64,000 bases of DNA from Rhynchobatus australiae. Lineage: Eukaryota. The stretch is taken from assembly GCA_034780895.1 (NCBI GenBank), contig JAUZTB010000076.1, forward strand, positions 33,549,491 through 33,613,490, read 5' to 3'. Both the position numbers and the translations under genes were made by a program. A model generated the notes under the pieces. That model saw only the letters and a program-made list of their open reading frames with translations, searched no databases and was not told where the DNA came from. Numbering within the stretch: the stretch's first letter is position 1; each line of letters begins with the position of its first letter. Below are positions 26,401 to 39,892 of the stretch, piece by piece.

Positions 26401-29400
26401 CAAAAGTGCCTTTGGAAATGACATTACATAACTAAAGATGAAAAGTTAATCTCAATTTCCGACAATTTAATTTAATCCAATTATTTTTTTCTCCATGTTG
26501 CAGGAAGTGTTAATGGGAAATGCTTTTACTATCCAATTAAGGACATTTTCATTTAAAAACCAATTGCACACAGAACTAAATGTGACAGAAGTCTGTTTGG
26601 AAACATTGTAATTCATGCCCATTACTTTATGGTTGCACTTCTGTTTAAAATAATGTCTTTATCTAGTAGACAACAGGGAATGGAAAGGACAACAATGAGG
26701 ATATCCCATGTGGAAAATAAAGCGCAATTCTTTTTCACTTGAATAATGATCTTTAATCTCTGCAAACTCTGAGTATAAATGACTGAGTAATGATCTTTGT
26801 CTTTAATTTCCTTCCGCCAGTAAACCCACCAGAGTAAGATAATTAACTAACTTAATTAGACTAACTCTCTCTCAGGTCAATATGTATAATACCTTGCAAT
26901 GCTTATAAAGTTAACAGTCATTTTAATACCAAAATCATCAATTTTGTTAAGTAGCTAGCCAAGGCTAAATTATGACACAAGCAATACTTCTATGTGGCAA
27001 TGCTCTGGGGACAACACATTAAACTATTTTTAAATAAAGAATTCACAACAAGAAAAAGTAAAGCTTCGGCACCTAGCATTGCAGTTAAGTTCTATAAGCA
27101 GCAAACAGAGTTATTCAAATGTTTGAATTTCTTAACTATTCGAATGGGCAACATAATATGTTAGTTGGCAGCTGTTATAGTCAGGCACTGCATCATAACA
27201 GAAACCAACATGGTATGATACAATTCAACATGAATGTATAATTCATCAACTTTATTGTCAGCATAAAATGAGATATTAAATAAGATTACAACCTATTATC
27301 TACAAAAAGATCCATAAAAACAATACTTTCCAATTTTAATTTTTTTCTAGAAAAGCAAATTTGCTAAATTCATCGAGAGCTCTGGTTATAGTGTTACTGA
27401 ACATGAACAATGTCATGGATTCTTTCAATGGGAGACACAACAGTACCGCGTTGCTTGGTAAATGATGATAGGAGGATCGGCAGGCAGAAACCCATAGCCA
27501 TTATACAAACGTAACTCACCATCATTTTAACTGTGCAGACTCCCTTGCACTAAACATTGCAATAATTCATCAAAGACCTATTGCTTACTCAAACTTACAG
27601 AACTATGCAAAAGGAAGCAAATGATCAAGAAATATGTTAAACATTAATTACAATTATTTTTAGGAATGTAATCTTTAAGAACAGTAATGGTGAGACCACC
27701 TCTTTAAAATATTCCCTCTCACCTCTGAGGAAGGGGTTCAATCTCAACCCAAGATTTTCATCTTGTTTCTTTTAAATTAAGAAATTCAAAGTTGTTTTGG
27801 GGGGGAAAAAAAATGCTCGAGGTCTATGAAAAGCCAGAAAATGGAGGGAAAAAAAACTTTGATTATTGTATGCAACTCAACAAAAGAGATTTTGTCTCTA
27901 TAAAAAGAAACAGTATCCATTTTGTATTCTTACAAGGGATACATTTAATACCAGTCAGCCATCACGTAGACACACTTTACAGAGTTCTCAAGGCTTGTAA
28001 TAAAAAGTCAATCAAAGCAGATAATGGCAAAATTGCAGAGCTTTATTTTACAGGCCCATAAAAATATACTTGAAAACATTAAAAAGTAGATTTTCTTAAA
28101 TAACATTTACTTAGTATTTTTTAAATATGAGAATGGCTTCATCTTTTATAGCTTTGAATAATAATTGCGTATCCTCAAACAAAAAATATGGTCGCTAACA
28201 AAAAAAATCTGCAAACCAGTTCCGCAATTTTTTTCTCCTGTTGGCTCTCTTTTGTTCCACAGTTTCTTTAATCCATCAAGAGGATTTCCAAACTAACTGC
28301 CTTGTGTGGGTGTACAAATATAATCTTCAGAAAGTGGTCAGCCTGAAGCAACAAAAGGTGTGTCAAGTGAATAAAGTTTCAATATGTCAGATGTAGGACA
28401 GTTTGGCACAAGTTTTCTTTCAGGACAAAATTTCATATTGAGAAATTTGTGGTGACAGAAGCATCTGCCCCACTTCTTCGATTAACACCTTTGTACCCAT
28501 CACCCCCTAAACTTCCAGAGGCATGAATGAACACAAAGAATAAATCAAACCAACAAATTAATCTATCAAGCAAGGAAAAGATCCATATTTGGTGGTGGTG
28601 GTGGTGGGGGGGCGGTTAGGCCAATTTGAACATTTATAGAATTACAGAAATTAATCAAAAAGTATATACCTTTCCCTGTATCATCTCCTTTCAAAAGGAC
28701 TAATATATGTAAAATAAATTCAGTTATCAAGCTGATATATTAAATTTCAAGATTCCAAAGCTATATCCATTTACAAATCATTTTGGAAATTAATTTATTT
28801 AAAGTGAGATTTGAAAGTGAAGCTAGGCTTTTGAAAAGGCTTGAAAATGCAACAAAGAAGACTGTATTGCTGCAGCTGGTTAAAAGAAAACCACTGAAGT
28901 TTAAAGAACTATTGCCAGGGTTTCAATAGAAAATATTAACANNNNNNNNNNNNNNNNNNNNNNNNNNNNNNNNNNNNNNNNNNNNNNNNNNNNNNNNNNN
29001 NNNNNNNNNNNNNNNNNNNNNNNNNNNNNNNNNNNNNNNNNAACAGCTTCCAAAACCAAACTACTACAGTCAGTCACTGACTGCGTCTGTAGCAGGCAGC
29101 AGAAGTGGATTAGAGCCGATGTCAAAATGTGCACCAATCCAAGTGGCTGGGGTCTCCCAGCAGCAAAGCCAAAGCTCTAACCAAGTGAAACGTTCAGCCC
29201 TGCTGTGTACTGCAGTGACCACAACAAAGATTGTGGTTTCTACCACATTCACCCTAAATAGCTGAAAATTATTGTTATTCATCATGCCATGGAAAGAAAG
29301 GGAAATATAAAACTGCTGCCGTTGAAAAGTGGTGGAAATGGCCCTTTAGACATTCAAGGTTTTGTTACGACCAGATAACACGATGCTGTTGATGACTATA

Positions 29401-32400
29401 TAACAAGGGTCTATAGGGCCTCCAACAGTTTGCGCTTGTAGGTTTAAAAATAATTAAGTGTTCTTCCTTGTCAAAATTTTGTTTTAGCTATATTGCAGTT
29501 TTGGAGATAACTATGAATAACAAGTTTAAACTAGTGTAGTTCAAGAGTTTAAAAGTTTATTACTGCAAATTGTTCAGTTTTCCATTCTCAATCCGAATTG
29601 CTGTAATTCTCCCAACACCATTTATTTCAAAATCTAGAGTAGTACATTGCCATTGACTAAGCATGGCATTTTCTTATAAATAATGCAATAATATTATTGC
29701 AATTTTAATTGAGGAATGATTTACAATCACTCAGAATGGAACAAATGACATTATGAGACTGGAAAAGGTTCTACAGTCTAATCTGTCCTCAAAAGAAAAA
29801 CAATTCAATCATTCTTGCTCTCCTTTTCTCTTTACACACACTATGTGCTTCCACAAGCAATCCTTTCCACGTGCTCTGCATAAAATAACTTAATCTAAAT
29901 TGTCACTATACTTGAAAATCTTGAACATGTACTCTCTAGATCTACAGTTTGTGACAACTTACAGCATATTGTTCCCAGAGAAATTCCAAGCTCGGTATAG
30001 ATTTTATATTTTGAATTGCTCAGCTTTTTCATTTTAATTGTCACTAATATTTCTGCTCACTTCTGAACCCTCATTCCAGTACCTTTAGTCCTTCACAGTA
30101 ATCAATGTTTATGTATTCTAGGATTGCTAATTGTGAATGTAGAAAGCTTGTATGGCTCCAGCAATAATTTCATGACTTGCAACTAACTGCATAAAACAGC
30201 TTAGCTTTTCTAATCAGCATATTTTGGTACCAGTGATGCTGCTCAAACATAACACTGTTCCAAAATTTAGCCAAATGTCTCTTCTTTGAAGATAGCAAGA
30301 GGCATTAGGAAAGACGTTCAGGTTAGGTAAAGTAAATCTAGTGACAGAATCAACACGGTAAGTAAATAAGAATTGAGATAAAAGATTAATTTTGATCTAT
30401 TTGCTCATTTATTCAGTTTGATCCAATTTATGGATCTTACAATTTGTTGCTGAGTAAAGAAATGAGTAGAAGCATTATTGGGTAAATTAGACCAACATTT
30501 GTATAAAAACTACATTAAAATGAGTTACATGATGATAAGTAAGCCTACATTTGATGTTCACCTCTAAAAATTTCTGTTATTCCTGAAGGTCAATGTACCC
30601 TTTTGTAGATTGCTTTGATTCCACTTAATGGGAGATACAAAAATAAACAGGTGCTAGGAACAAAAACAAAAAAAACTTTGAAAGAAATTTAGATTTAAAA
30701 ACAAAATCAGCAAGTTCAAGGTCTAAATTTTCATTCCACTTAAACTTGACTATGCAGGATTCTCTCAACTCGGACTCTATTTCAACCTAGATTCCCTCTC
30801 CACAAACTGTTTGCATAGGCAGTGGGTCACAACAATACTGACGAGCTGAAGACAGCACTCGCATGAGTGCCCACTAATAAGCAAAGATCACCGTTTATCT
30901 AAGAGGTCAAATGCCTGTTGGCTTGGGTCACGACCTAAACAACTTATGTCATGACCCTTACACGTGCCTGGAATGATGCCATTCTGACCTGGGTCAGCTG
31001 CTAATGGTGCAGGCCATAAATTAGATTGTGCCTTGCACTTTTTCAAAAGAAAGTTTGTCTTCCTCCAATTCAGTATCTTTCTAAGTTTAACTCAATTCAT
31101 CTATGGGACACTGGACTGACAAAGAGCTTATCTATTAATTACAAGCTAAATGCAAAGGATAACTAGATCACATAGGACTGTTCAATCCTATTTCTTTACC
31201 ACATTTAATTCTCTAGCAGATCTGAAATTAAATAGTTTTTTCAAGAACTATTGCATGTTGTTAAGTCGCAGCAAACACTAGCTTAAAACAGATAATTCCT
31301 GAATATTCAAAATCTGAATTATTTTAATCTTTGAAAAATGTTCTTGATAGTTATAAAGCTCTCAATTATCCTTTTCACTGCATGATCACAAAAGTCTTTT
31401 TCATCCAAAACCCGGACTGTTAAAATTGTTGATAATTTTATTTTATATCCCATGCAACCTCATCAAATAGCACTACAACTCTGAAATCCTTCATAACAGA
31501 TTAAAACATTGTTCCTTTTCCCCCCGACTGCTACACTGTGGCCATTATTCCACTCTCACACTTCTTCTACAAAGGGGATATTCCCCAGAATAGTTTTATA
31601 ATGTTCTCCTACTAGCCTATAACTAAGTTCTTATGCTGAACAATTAAAAAATTCAGAACAGTTGGTTATATACAAGGCTCTGATAGTGAGGATCTCTGGA
31701 GCAATTCTAATTTAAATTAACTAGAAACAAACAATCCCTGAATTCAGGCCTTAACAACTTTTAAAGCAAATAGTGCTTCAGAAGAAAATAATAAAGTCAA
31801 AGCCAATTATTACTACCGTTTCATAAATTTGTTTAAAAAATTACATATGCTTGTACCTTGAGATTTCCCAGTGATTGCTTTTTTTTACAATTGCACTTTG
31901 TCCATGAAATTAATATTCACAGCAAAATATTTCCAAACTTCAACCAGTTTCTTATTATCAGTAATTAGTTGCCATGGTCAATACAGCTTTGCTTTAATTT
32001 CAGAAGGCTTATGCATTGCTGAATTGTTAAATTTATTTGAAGAAAAGGTTTAGTTTTCTTAACCACTTGTACGTATTGAGCACTTGTTGAAAAGTTCAGT
32101 TATCTGCAGAAAACATCATAAAACGCCTCTCTTCAATTTTAAAAGAAAATTGTTTGATTAAATGAATAAAAATGAATAGCGATATATTCGCTGTTCCCCA
32201 AAACATGGCACTTCAGAATCAGACTACAGGAAAGAGCCAAGCATCAGCGAAAAAAGTGGCCACGTATTCCCATGTTGGCTTTGGCATGTTGGACAAAGCA
32301 CTTTTTAGAGTTCATGCTTTATGCCAGCACTGGCAGCTGCTCAGTCCATTGAAAACTCCTGAACCTTCCAAGCAGGCCAAAATTGGATCCAGTAGATTTT

Positions 32401-33788
32401 CAGTGCACAACTTTCAGTGAACATCTAATTTAAAAATACATATTGTTTAAGAGTATTGTGCGCATTTCACTTTGCTTATTTTCATGAACACTGGAGTAAA
32501 CATTTTAGGTTAATACTGACCTGTTCCTTGCCACTTCATAGTTGAGATAAAAGGTAGTGTGCTATGTGTGAATGGAACAGAATATATTTTCTAATGCACT
32601 TGGACCTTCAGCGATTCTCCCTATTATTTTCAGGGCCAATGGCCATAAAGCCGACTAGGTTTTAACCTGGCAAAGCACTCCTGACTTAGGACAAACAAAA
32701 CCACGAAAGGCAGCAGTGACAATTACATAAATATTTCCTAAAAGCAAAATGTTTCAGGAAAACAACAGATTCGAAACTGCAAATGACTTCAGAGAGTAAA
32801 GTTTGTATGATACGTATTCTAAGTACTTGCTATTCTGAAGACCAGCGACTTGTAATGATATGGTTACAACAGGAAGAAGTCAAAGCCTTTAGAATTACTC
32901 GATAAGAGTGAGAAAATAAGAAATAAAATCCAAATATTCAGGAAACATTTCCACGTTTACTTTTTTTATAACCACCACCTGTATTTACCATATATACACA
33001 TATCCCTGTTCTCATGGTGTACCTGTAAATAAGAAAATCTGAAAAAGAACACATGAGAACTTTATCCTGGAAGCTGGTGGAGAGCAGCCATATACTACGT
33101 TATTCTGTCACTATAAGCAGTGTGTAGAATCCAAAGTTTGACACTTCACTTGGGCAGCAGACAATTCACAGCACAAGACTCTTAGCTGCAGATTGCCACT
33201 GCTGAACCCAAGCTGGCATAATTCTTGTGCCAACACTGGCTGACCCAAATTATCAAACTTTTGGTCATGCTTTTTCAGTTGCGGGTGTTCTGTGTATTTT
33301 GGTTTGCACATCACACGTTCACACTAAAATAACGGTAATTTTCTTTTTACTTGTAAACTAAATATAATTCTGATGGGAATTTTCATCTTCCATCTTGGGC
33401 TATGAAGGGTGGGAGAGGGAGGAAAGAAAGAGAATGCTGGTTTGATCATGAAGGGCGTGAGAAACACAGCTGGAGAGTTTAACAGCAGTTTGTAGATCCG
33501 GCCTGTAATGAGCATTTATGACCATTACACAAAAGAAACAAAAATGCTGATCAAAATCACAGATTGCTTTAACAAGTTTAGGCTACACTTGCAACAGGAT
33601 AGGATCTAAATTATTTTCAAGAGCATGCAGAAGAAAGTTAACTTGATAAAAAGTACATACACAAGACAACCATTATGTAAGGTTACATTTAAGGTGAGGA
33701 TACATGCAGCATAACCATTTCACAAAAACTAAATTCAAATCTAGCTTTCTTTATAAGGAATTCTGAAGAAATGCTTCCAGAAAATCTA

Positions 33789-34409
<621 letters not shown>

Positions 34410-37400
34410 TCATTAGAATTGCCTTCTTATAAAGTAAACAAATGAAAAATAAATTGAAAAATCGAGAGACATTTCACTTAAATAAGAGATTTGATTCAAT
34501 ACCATTGTAACCTCAGACCAGCACAGTATTTTGTTCAAAGCTGGACTTAGAAAAATTTATGCCATGTACAGTGAGAATTCTTTGTGTGGAACAGTCAGAA
34601 AGATGCCGACGGCATAACTGAAAGCACCCATGTAGGTAACGTCCAGAACACTTGCCAATATTCAAGACATTCCCTGCGTGTGCTTGGTTTGTTTATGAAG
34701 AGCTTTCCCAAAACAGTAGAGAAAGATCCCTCGACTAAAGCATGGGTGCTTTCATTAACCTTCGCCAGCTTTAAAAAAAATGCAGATCTCTTCACTCTCC
34801 GTCCCCAACCCCTTTGCATGTGGTGTAGCCAGCATGAGCCCGCCTATTTGGCAAATTCCACACACTAGAATGCCAATCAACAGCTCGTACGAGGGGGCTT
34901 TGTGCAAAGCAAGAGAGGACAACCCCCCCCCTCCCTCCACAAGATGGTTTCAAACACAGCAAGTCTGTACAGTCAGAAAAAAATCTGCATATTCTTCATT
35001 GTGAATTCATGCTATTTTCACAAGAAATGTCACATTGAGCTGTGCCCTTGTGCACAAAAATTAAAAATAAAAACACGCTTGCGCATTATTTGAACCTATG
35101 TACAGATAATGCCACATAAGAAGTATTGAATAGTTATTAATAAGTAGTCAATTTGCAACCCTTATTCAATAATAATAATAAAACATATTTTCACCATCCC
35201 CTTTACCCAACTAGTAAATATATTAAAAATCTGTAAATCTAGATGGGAAACTGTGATCATTATCAACCTTTCAAATCCAATTTTTAATCAATAACATAAA
35301 AGTGACTCGCGAAAACTGTTAACTACTCACAGGGATTACAGCATAAACAATAACAGAGCATTGTTAAATGCTTATTTAAATGTATATTATTTTCATTTAG
35401 ATTTAACTAGTCAAAACCATACATTTTGATAAATAACTATAAATTTAACATTAAATACATTAGTATAAAAACCCACAAAAAAATTCTGACCAAAACTGCC
35501 ATCTGTCTTTTTCTTTTGTTTAAACCAAATGCTGCACAAAGTGTTTTTAAACAATAAAACAAAAGTAGCATCACTTTTACGATGACAAGGATGCAAAATC
35601 TGTTTTAACAGCAGAAAATAAAATTCTGAAATAGTGTGCAATTTACATTCTCTTTGCTGAATAAAGTTGTGGATTTTCATTGTATAAACTAGGCCACGGC
35701 AGTTCAAGCTGGAAGGGATTTCACTTAATGATATAAATTAATGAAAAAATGTTGCATTGGTGGGAACATTTGGAGGATTTTTAGATTAAAGTGAATTTTC
35801 ATTTACCAACCTTTTTCCAGCCACACGACATCTGGCCTGTAATTCTTCAAGCTTAACTGAATTCCTTTACTAAAATCATCTACACGTAGGTAACAATCTG
35901 TCCTGTAAAGGAGATTTTCAAACTGCCAAAACAAATAATGAAGCTCAAATTTATTAAATGACTACCTAAGCAGATATACTTCTCCTCCTATAGTGTCTCA
36001 AAGGTTGGGGAGAGAAAATCAGGACAATCTATTCATTCCTGAACACAGTTTAAACAAATTAATTTCATAGAGTGTTAAAAGGGTTAACATTCCTGTTACT
36101 TTTCACCTCAGTCTAAACTTTTTGTTCTAAAATTCCTTATGATAAACTTTACTATAAAATTTCATTTGATCAAAGCATATAGTGCGGAGAAAGAAATCTC
36201 CTAAAATACATTTTCACCATTGTCCATTAGTTAATTCAGAAATCAATTCTGCACCAAAGTGTTTATTGTAAATATGGAACAAATTGCCAACTCTGGAACT
36301 CACTCCAAGATAAAGAACTCAATCCCGACTAAAGTGAGTTTTCGGAGTGAATATANNNNNNNNNNNNNNNNNNNNNNNNNNNNNNNNNNNNNNNNNNNNN
36401 NNNNNNNNNNNNNNNNNNNNNNACAAGGGATGCCAGTATGGTGATACTATGTCACCACATTGATGTCCTTTGCTGTGGCCTTCAGATGCCACTAGTTCAG
36501 ATATGTCTTCTGCTATTTTGTATTGCAACAGGATTCAGATCCATAAAACCCATTTGCAGCTGGGGAGGGGAAAGGTAAAATATTTTTTTAAAAATGGCAA
36601 TATAGTAAAATATAGATTATTTCTCAAAAACGTTAAAACTGACTGATTGACTTAAGGAAATTTACATTGTGTATTATTGTAATGTTTAACTGAGCATGGT
36701 ACATTATAGTTTTGCAATCATTTGCACTTATAGATTTACATTTTAATTCAGTCCGAAGCCTATAAGTTTTATATATTCTTGCATCGACTTTATGTTGGAT
36801 ATCATCCAATGTTCAGTTTCCTTGCTCTACCACACTGCTAATTCAGAAAAGAAGCTTTAAATTACTTTAACCCATGTCACCGTCAATCCTACATCTTCCA
36901 TGATGCCTGACATCTTTCCTTCTCAATCTCAATGTGAATTAAAAATGCTTAACTTTTTTTCCGCAAAAAGAAAATCAGTCCAAAACAAAAATGAAATGCT
37001 ACAAAAAGTGAATTTTGCAGCAATAGGAAAAGTCCGCAGGCTGGGAGGTTCAGTCGTCATTAGTATATTTATCCTCCTGCAGTCGCTCCTTATTATCCAC
37101 AAATTAAACATCTATTATATTGTGAAAAGACTAGGATAGTTACATTATATTTTGCAATTTGATGTTAGCTCCCATGACAGGCAACATTGACATGTAAAGA
37201 GTGTTGAGTTGCATTTTTTTAACCAAAAACATTATATTTTCTCCCAATTAAAGCTTATTTTCCCCTTTTCATTTTTTAAAACGAAGATCCCTAGCTTGAG
37301 CTGATTTCTAAATATTTTACATTTCTGAAGGCCAAACCACTTAGTTCCTTAAGTGACAATCAGTGAAGTTGTGGTTTTGTTGTGGGTCTATTTTCACATA

Positions 37401-39865
37401 AACCTCAGCACTGCACTTCAGTGCAGCAAGCACGTTCTTCTTTTGGCACTGCCACATCAATTAGTGTATACAGTCTAAAATGATGAAGCAAACAGACTAA
37501 GCACCAATGTTCCTTTAAGTGGTCGAAAACTTTGCATACTTATATTATAGCTCTGATAATTGGAGTTCTTTATTGTTTACAAACAACTGTCTCTGAGCGC
37601 TGAAAATCAAATTCTCTACTTGCCGCCACTTACTGTTCATGTCTTTTCCACACCTTTCCTTTCAAAATTAACTTTTTTTAAACAATCTAATGCATTTTAG
37701 ATCATTTGATGCAATTTTTTTCCCTTGTACATACATTTTTTAAATTAACAAAGCAGCAAGCAGAACTTATTTTAAAGGAAGTTTTTAAAGTCTTTTAAAG
37801 TCTTTTCTTTAAAAAAAAGTGACAGTGATCAAAATTTACACATTACCGGGCATGAATGTTATTTTTGCTGTAGTGTCCTGTTTAAAATCAAAATATATAT
37901 AATAGACTCAGAACAAAAGAAAAATATTGCAGATGCTGGAAATTGTTTTTATTCAACAGATCAGTTCTCTCTATTCAATATAGTACCCACTGTACCAACA
38001 CCCTCTTAAATTTAAAAGACTTTACATTTTTTTTCCTGGAGCACTTGTCCTTTAAAATAAACATCTTTTTAAATATAAAAAGTAGATTCCTCAAAGAATG
38101 TCGTATTAAATGTGTGGCTGAAGGCTGGTTTAACACTGAAGGCCTCAATAACTAAATTACCTACAGTTAACAATTCCATTGTTCAAAATTATATACTAGA
38201 AAGTATTGCAAAATGTAGTTACAATGCGAATAACATCAGAAATGAATGACTTCTTGCGCATTTAATGGATACAGGAAAAGTACAAAATGCTTTGATACAC
38301 GCAAGTTACTGAAAATTGTGAAGAGCTTACATTAAACTTTTACATCAATTTTAAAATATTGACTAACTTTCTAGCAGGTAGCAAAACACCGAATAATTTG
38401 ATGTGTTCAAGGGGAACGCCAACTTGAGAAATATAACAGCAGTTACTTCAAGATGGTCATATTGACTTTGGCTTTATAATAGCTGTTGGTGCAAAATTAA
38501 AGTCATAATTCGAATCTTTTCCACAGTGTGTTTAGTAGATTTTAAAAGCTTTTGTAAAGATCTTGATGCTGCCCCCACCCACACAAGGGAAAGTTATTAA
38601 TTAAGTAGATTCATAGAAACATTGCAAAGTATGCCCATTGCTGATAAAGCTTTGCAAACTTCTAAATCACGTGTAACTTTTTTTTTAAAGAAACAGACTG
38701 ACTACCAAAGATTCACAAACATTTTGTTGGTAATATTGGAAATAACAATATTTAGGGGGAAAAATCCGTACGTAGATTTGGTTTATAAAATCGGGGATCC
38801 TGAATCCACTTTATACGGTGCATGTTTTTAAAACCAAGAGTCTTGGAATTACCGTGGGTCAAATTTCCTAGGGTGTGTGGAAGTATAAAATAAAACAGAT
38901 TTCAAAGCAAAACCGCAATCTGGAAACTTGAGTGTAAAGAAACGCGGCCCGCCAGCAGCCAACGCTTCCACCGGGGAAACCCCGACCTTCTTCAAAAGGA
39001 GCGTCAATAAAACACTGTCAAAAGGGTAAACCTTTGGGGTCGCCAACTGAATGGTCCCAACTTACAGAGAGTAGTGACATAGGTGATGGGCTGGGGGTGG
39101 GGGAGGCAGTTGTTGAGACAAATAAAAATAATAAGGAACTCGAAAGGGAAGCCGATGTCGTCTCTAAACCACAATGCCCGCAACCACCCATCAAATCGCA
39201 GTGTTTGCAGAAGTGCTCCAGAAAGTTAGAGCAGCTCAACCTCCCAGGGAAAGCAACTTGGCCAGACGATACTCCACACCTGACGGGACCTCGGTGCCCC
39301 GCCAAGAAACTCTCGCCGTCAAGTCTACTTCAGCCTGGGAAAACCAGCCTCGACAGCGGGCACACCGAGCGCAGTGCTCGCCGAACCCGCTGGCCAGGCG
39401 CTGCGGCGTGCTGAGCAGGCATTCGCGGGATTGTTATCAAAGATATTATTAAAAATCAAACTTCCGCGCACCGCTGTTGTGAGTAAACTCCGTACCTTAC
39501 AGTCAAAACAAAAGCGTGCTTCCCCATCGCTCGCTTTCCACCCACCCCCCTCCTTCAAAAAAATAACAGCAGCCATCGCCACTCTTCGCCAGCCTGGGAA
39601 AGTCTTCTGAAATACACAGCACCTCTGCAAAAACCGCTCTTGGAAAATGTAATTTGTAAATATATATTCTCAAAAATTACAGTCAAAAATAATAAATATT
39701 AATACGTATCCGCCATTAGCCATGTGCCTCAATGGGGCAGATCGCTGAGCCCACTCACTGATCTGAGAGGCAGCAGGAGGCAGGAAAAAAGAGAGGAAAA
39801 AAAAGTTTAATAAAATACCACGCTGGCCTCTAAAGGGATACAAATGTTGCAAAAATGTATCCTAC

Positions 39866-39892
39866 CTGGGTAAGACAGAGCGGAGAGTACAT
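39866..39892 (-). CDS. NFIA: NFIA coding exon 1 (MYSPLCLTQ)
   Basis: ATG TAC TCT CCG CTC TGT CTT ACC CAG|gtagga; matches the known NFIA N-terminus; phase 0, so it joins DEFHPF in frame; missed by the ORF track. Confidence 0.97.

Noticed and set aside
33214-33233. TGGCA-N9-TGCCAA as an NFI site
   Set aside because: Spacing far from the required TTGGC-N5-GCCAA
39018-39630. Cluster of overlapping 78-126 aa ORFs as a separate gene
   Set aside because: Expected in GC-rich promoter-proximal DNA with no recognisable domain; only the donor-bounded 81-nt part is kept as a candidate exon
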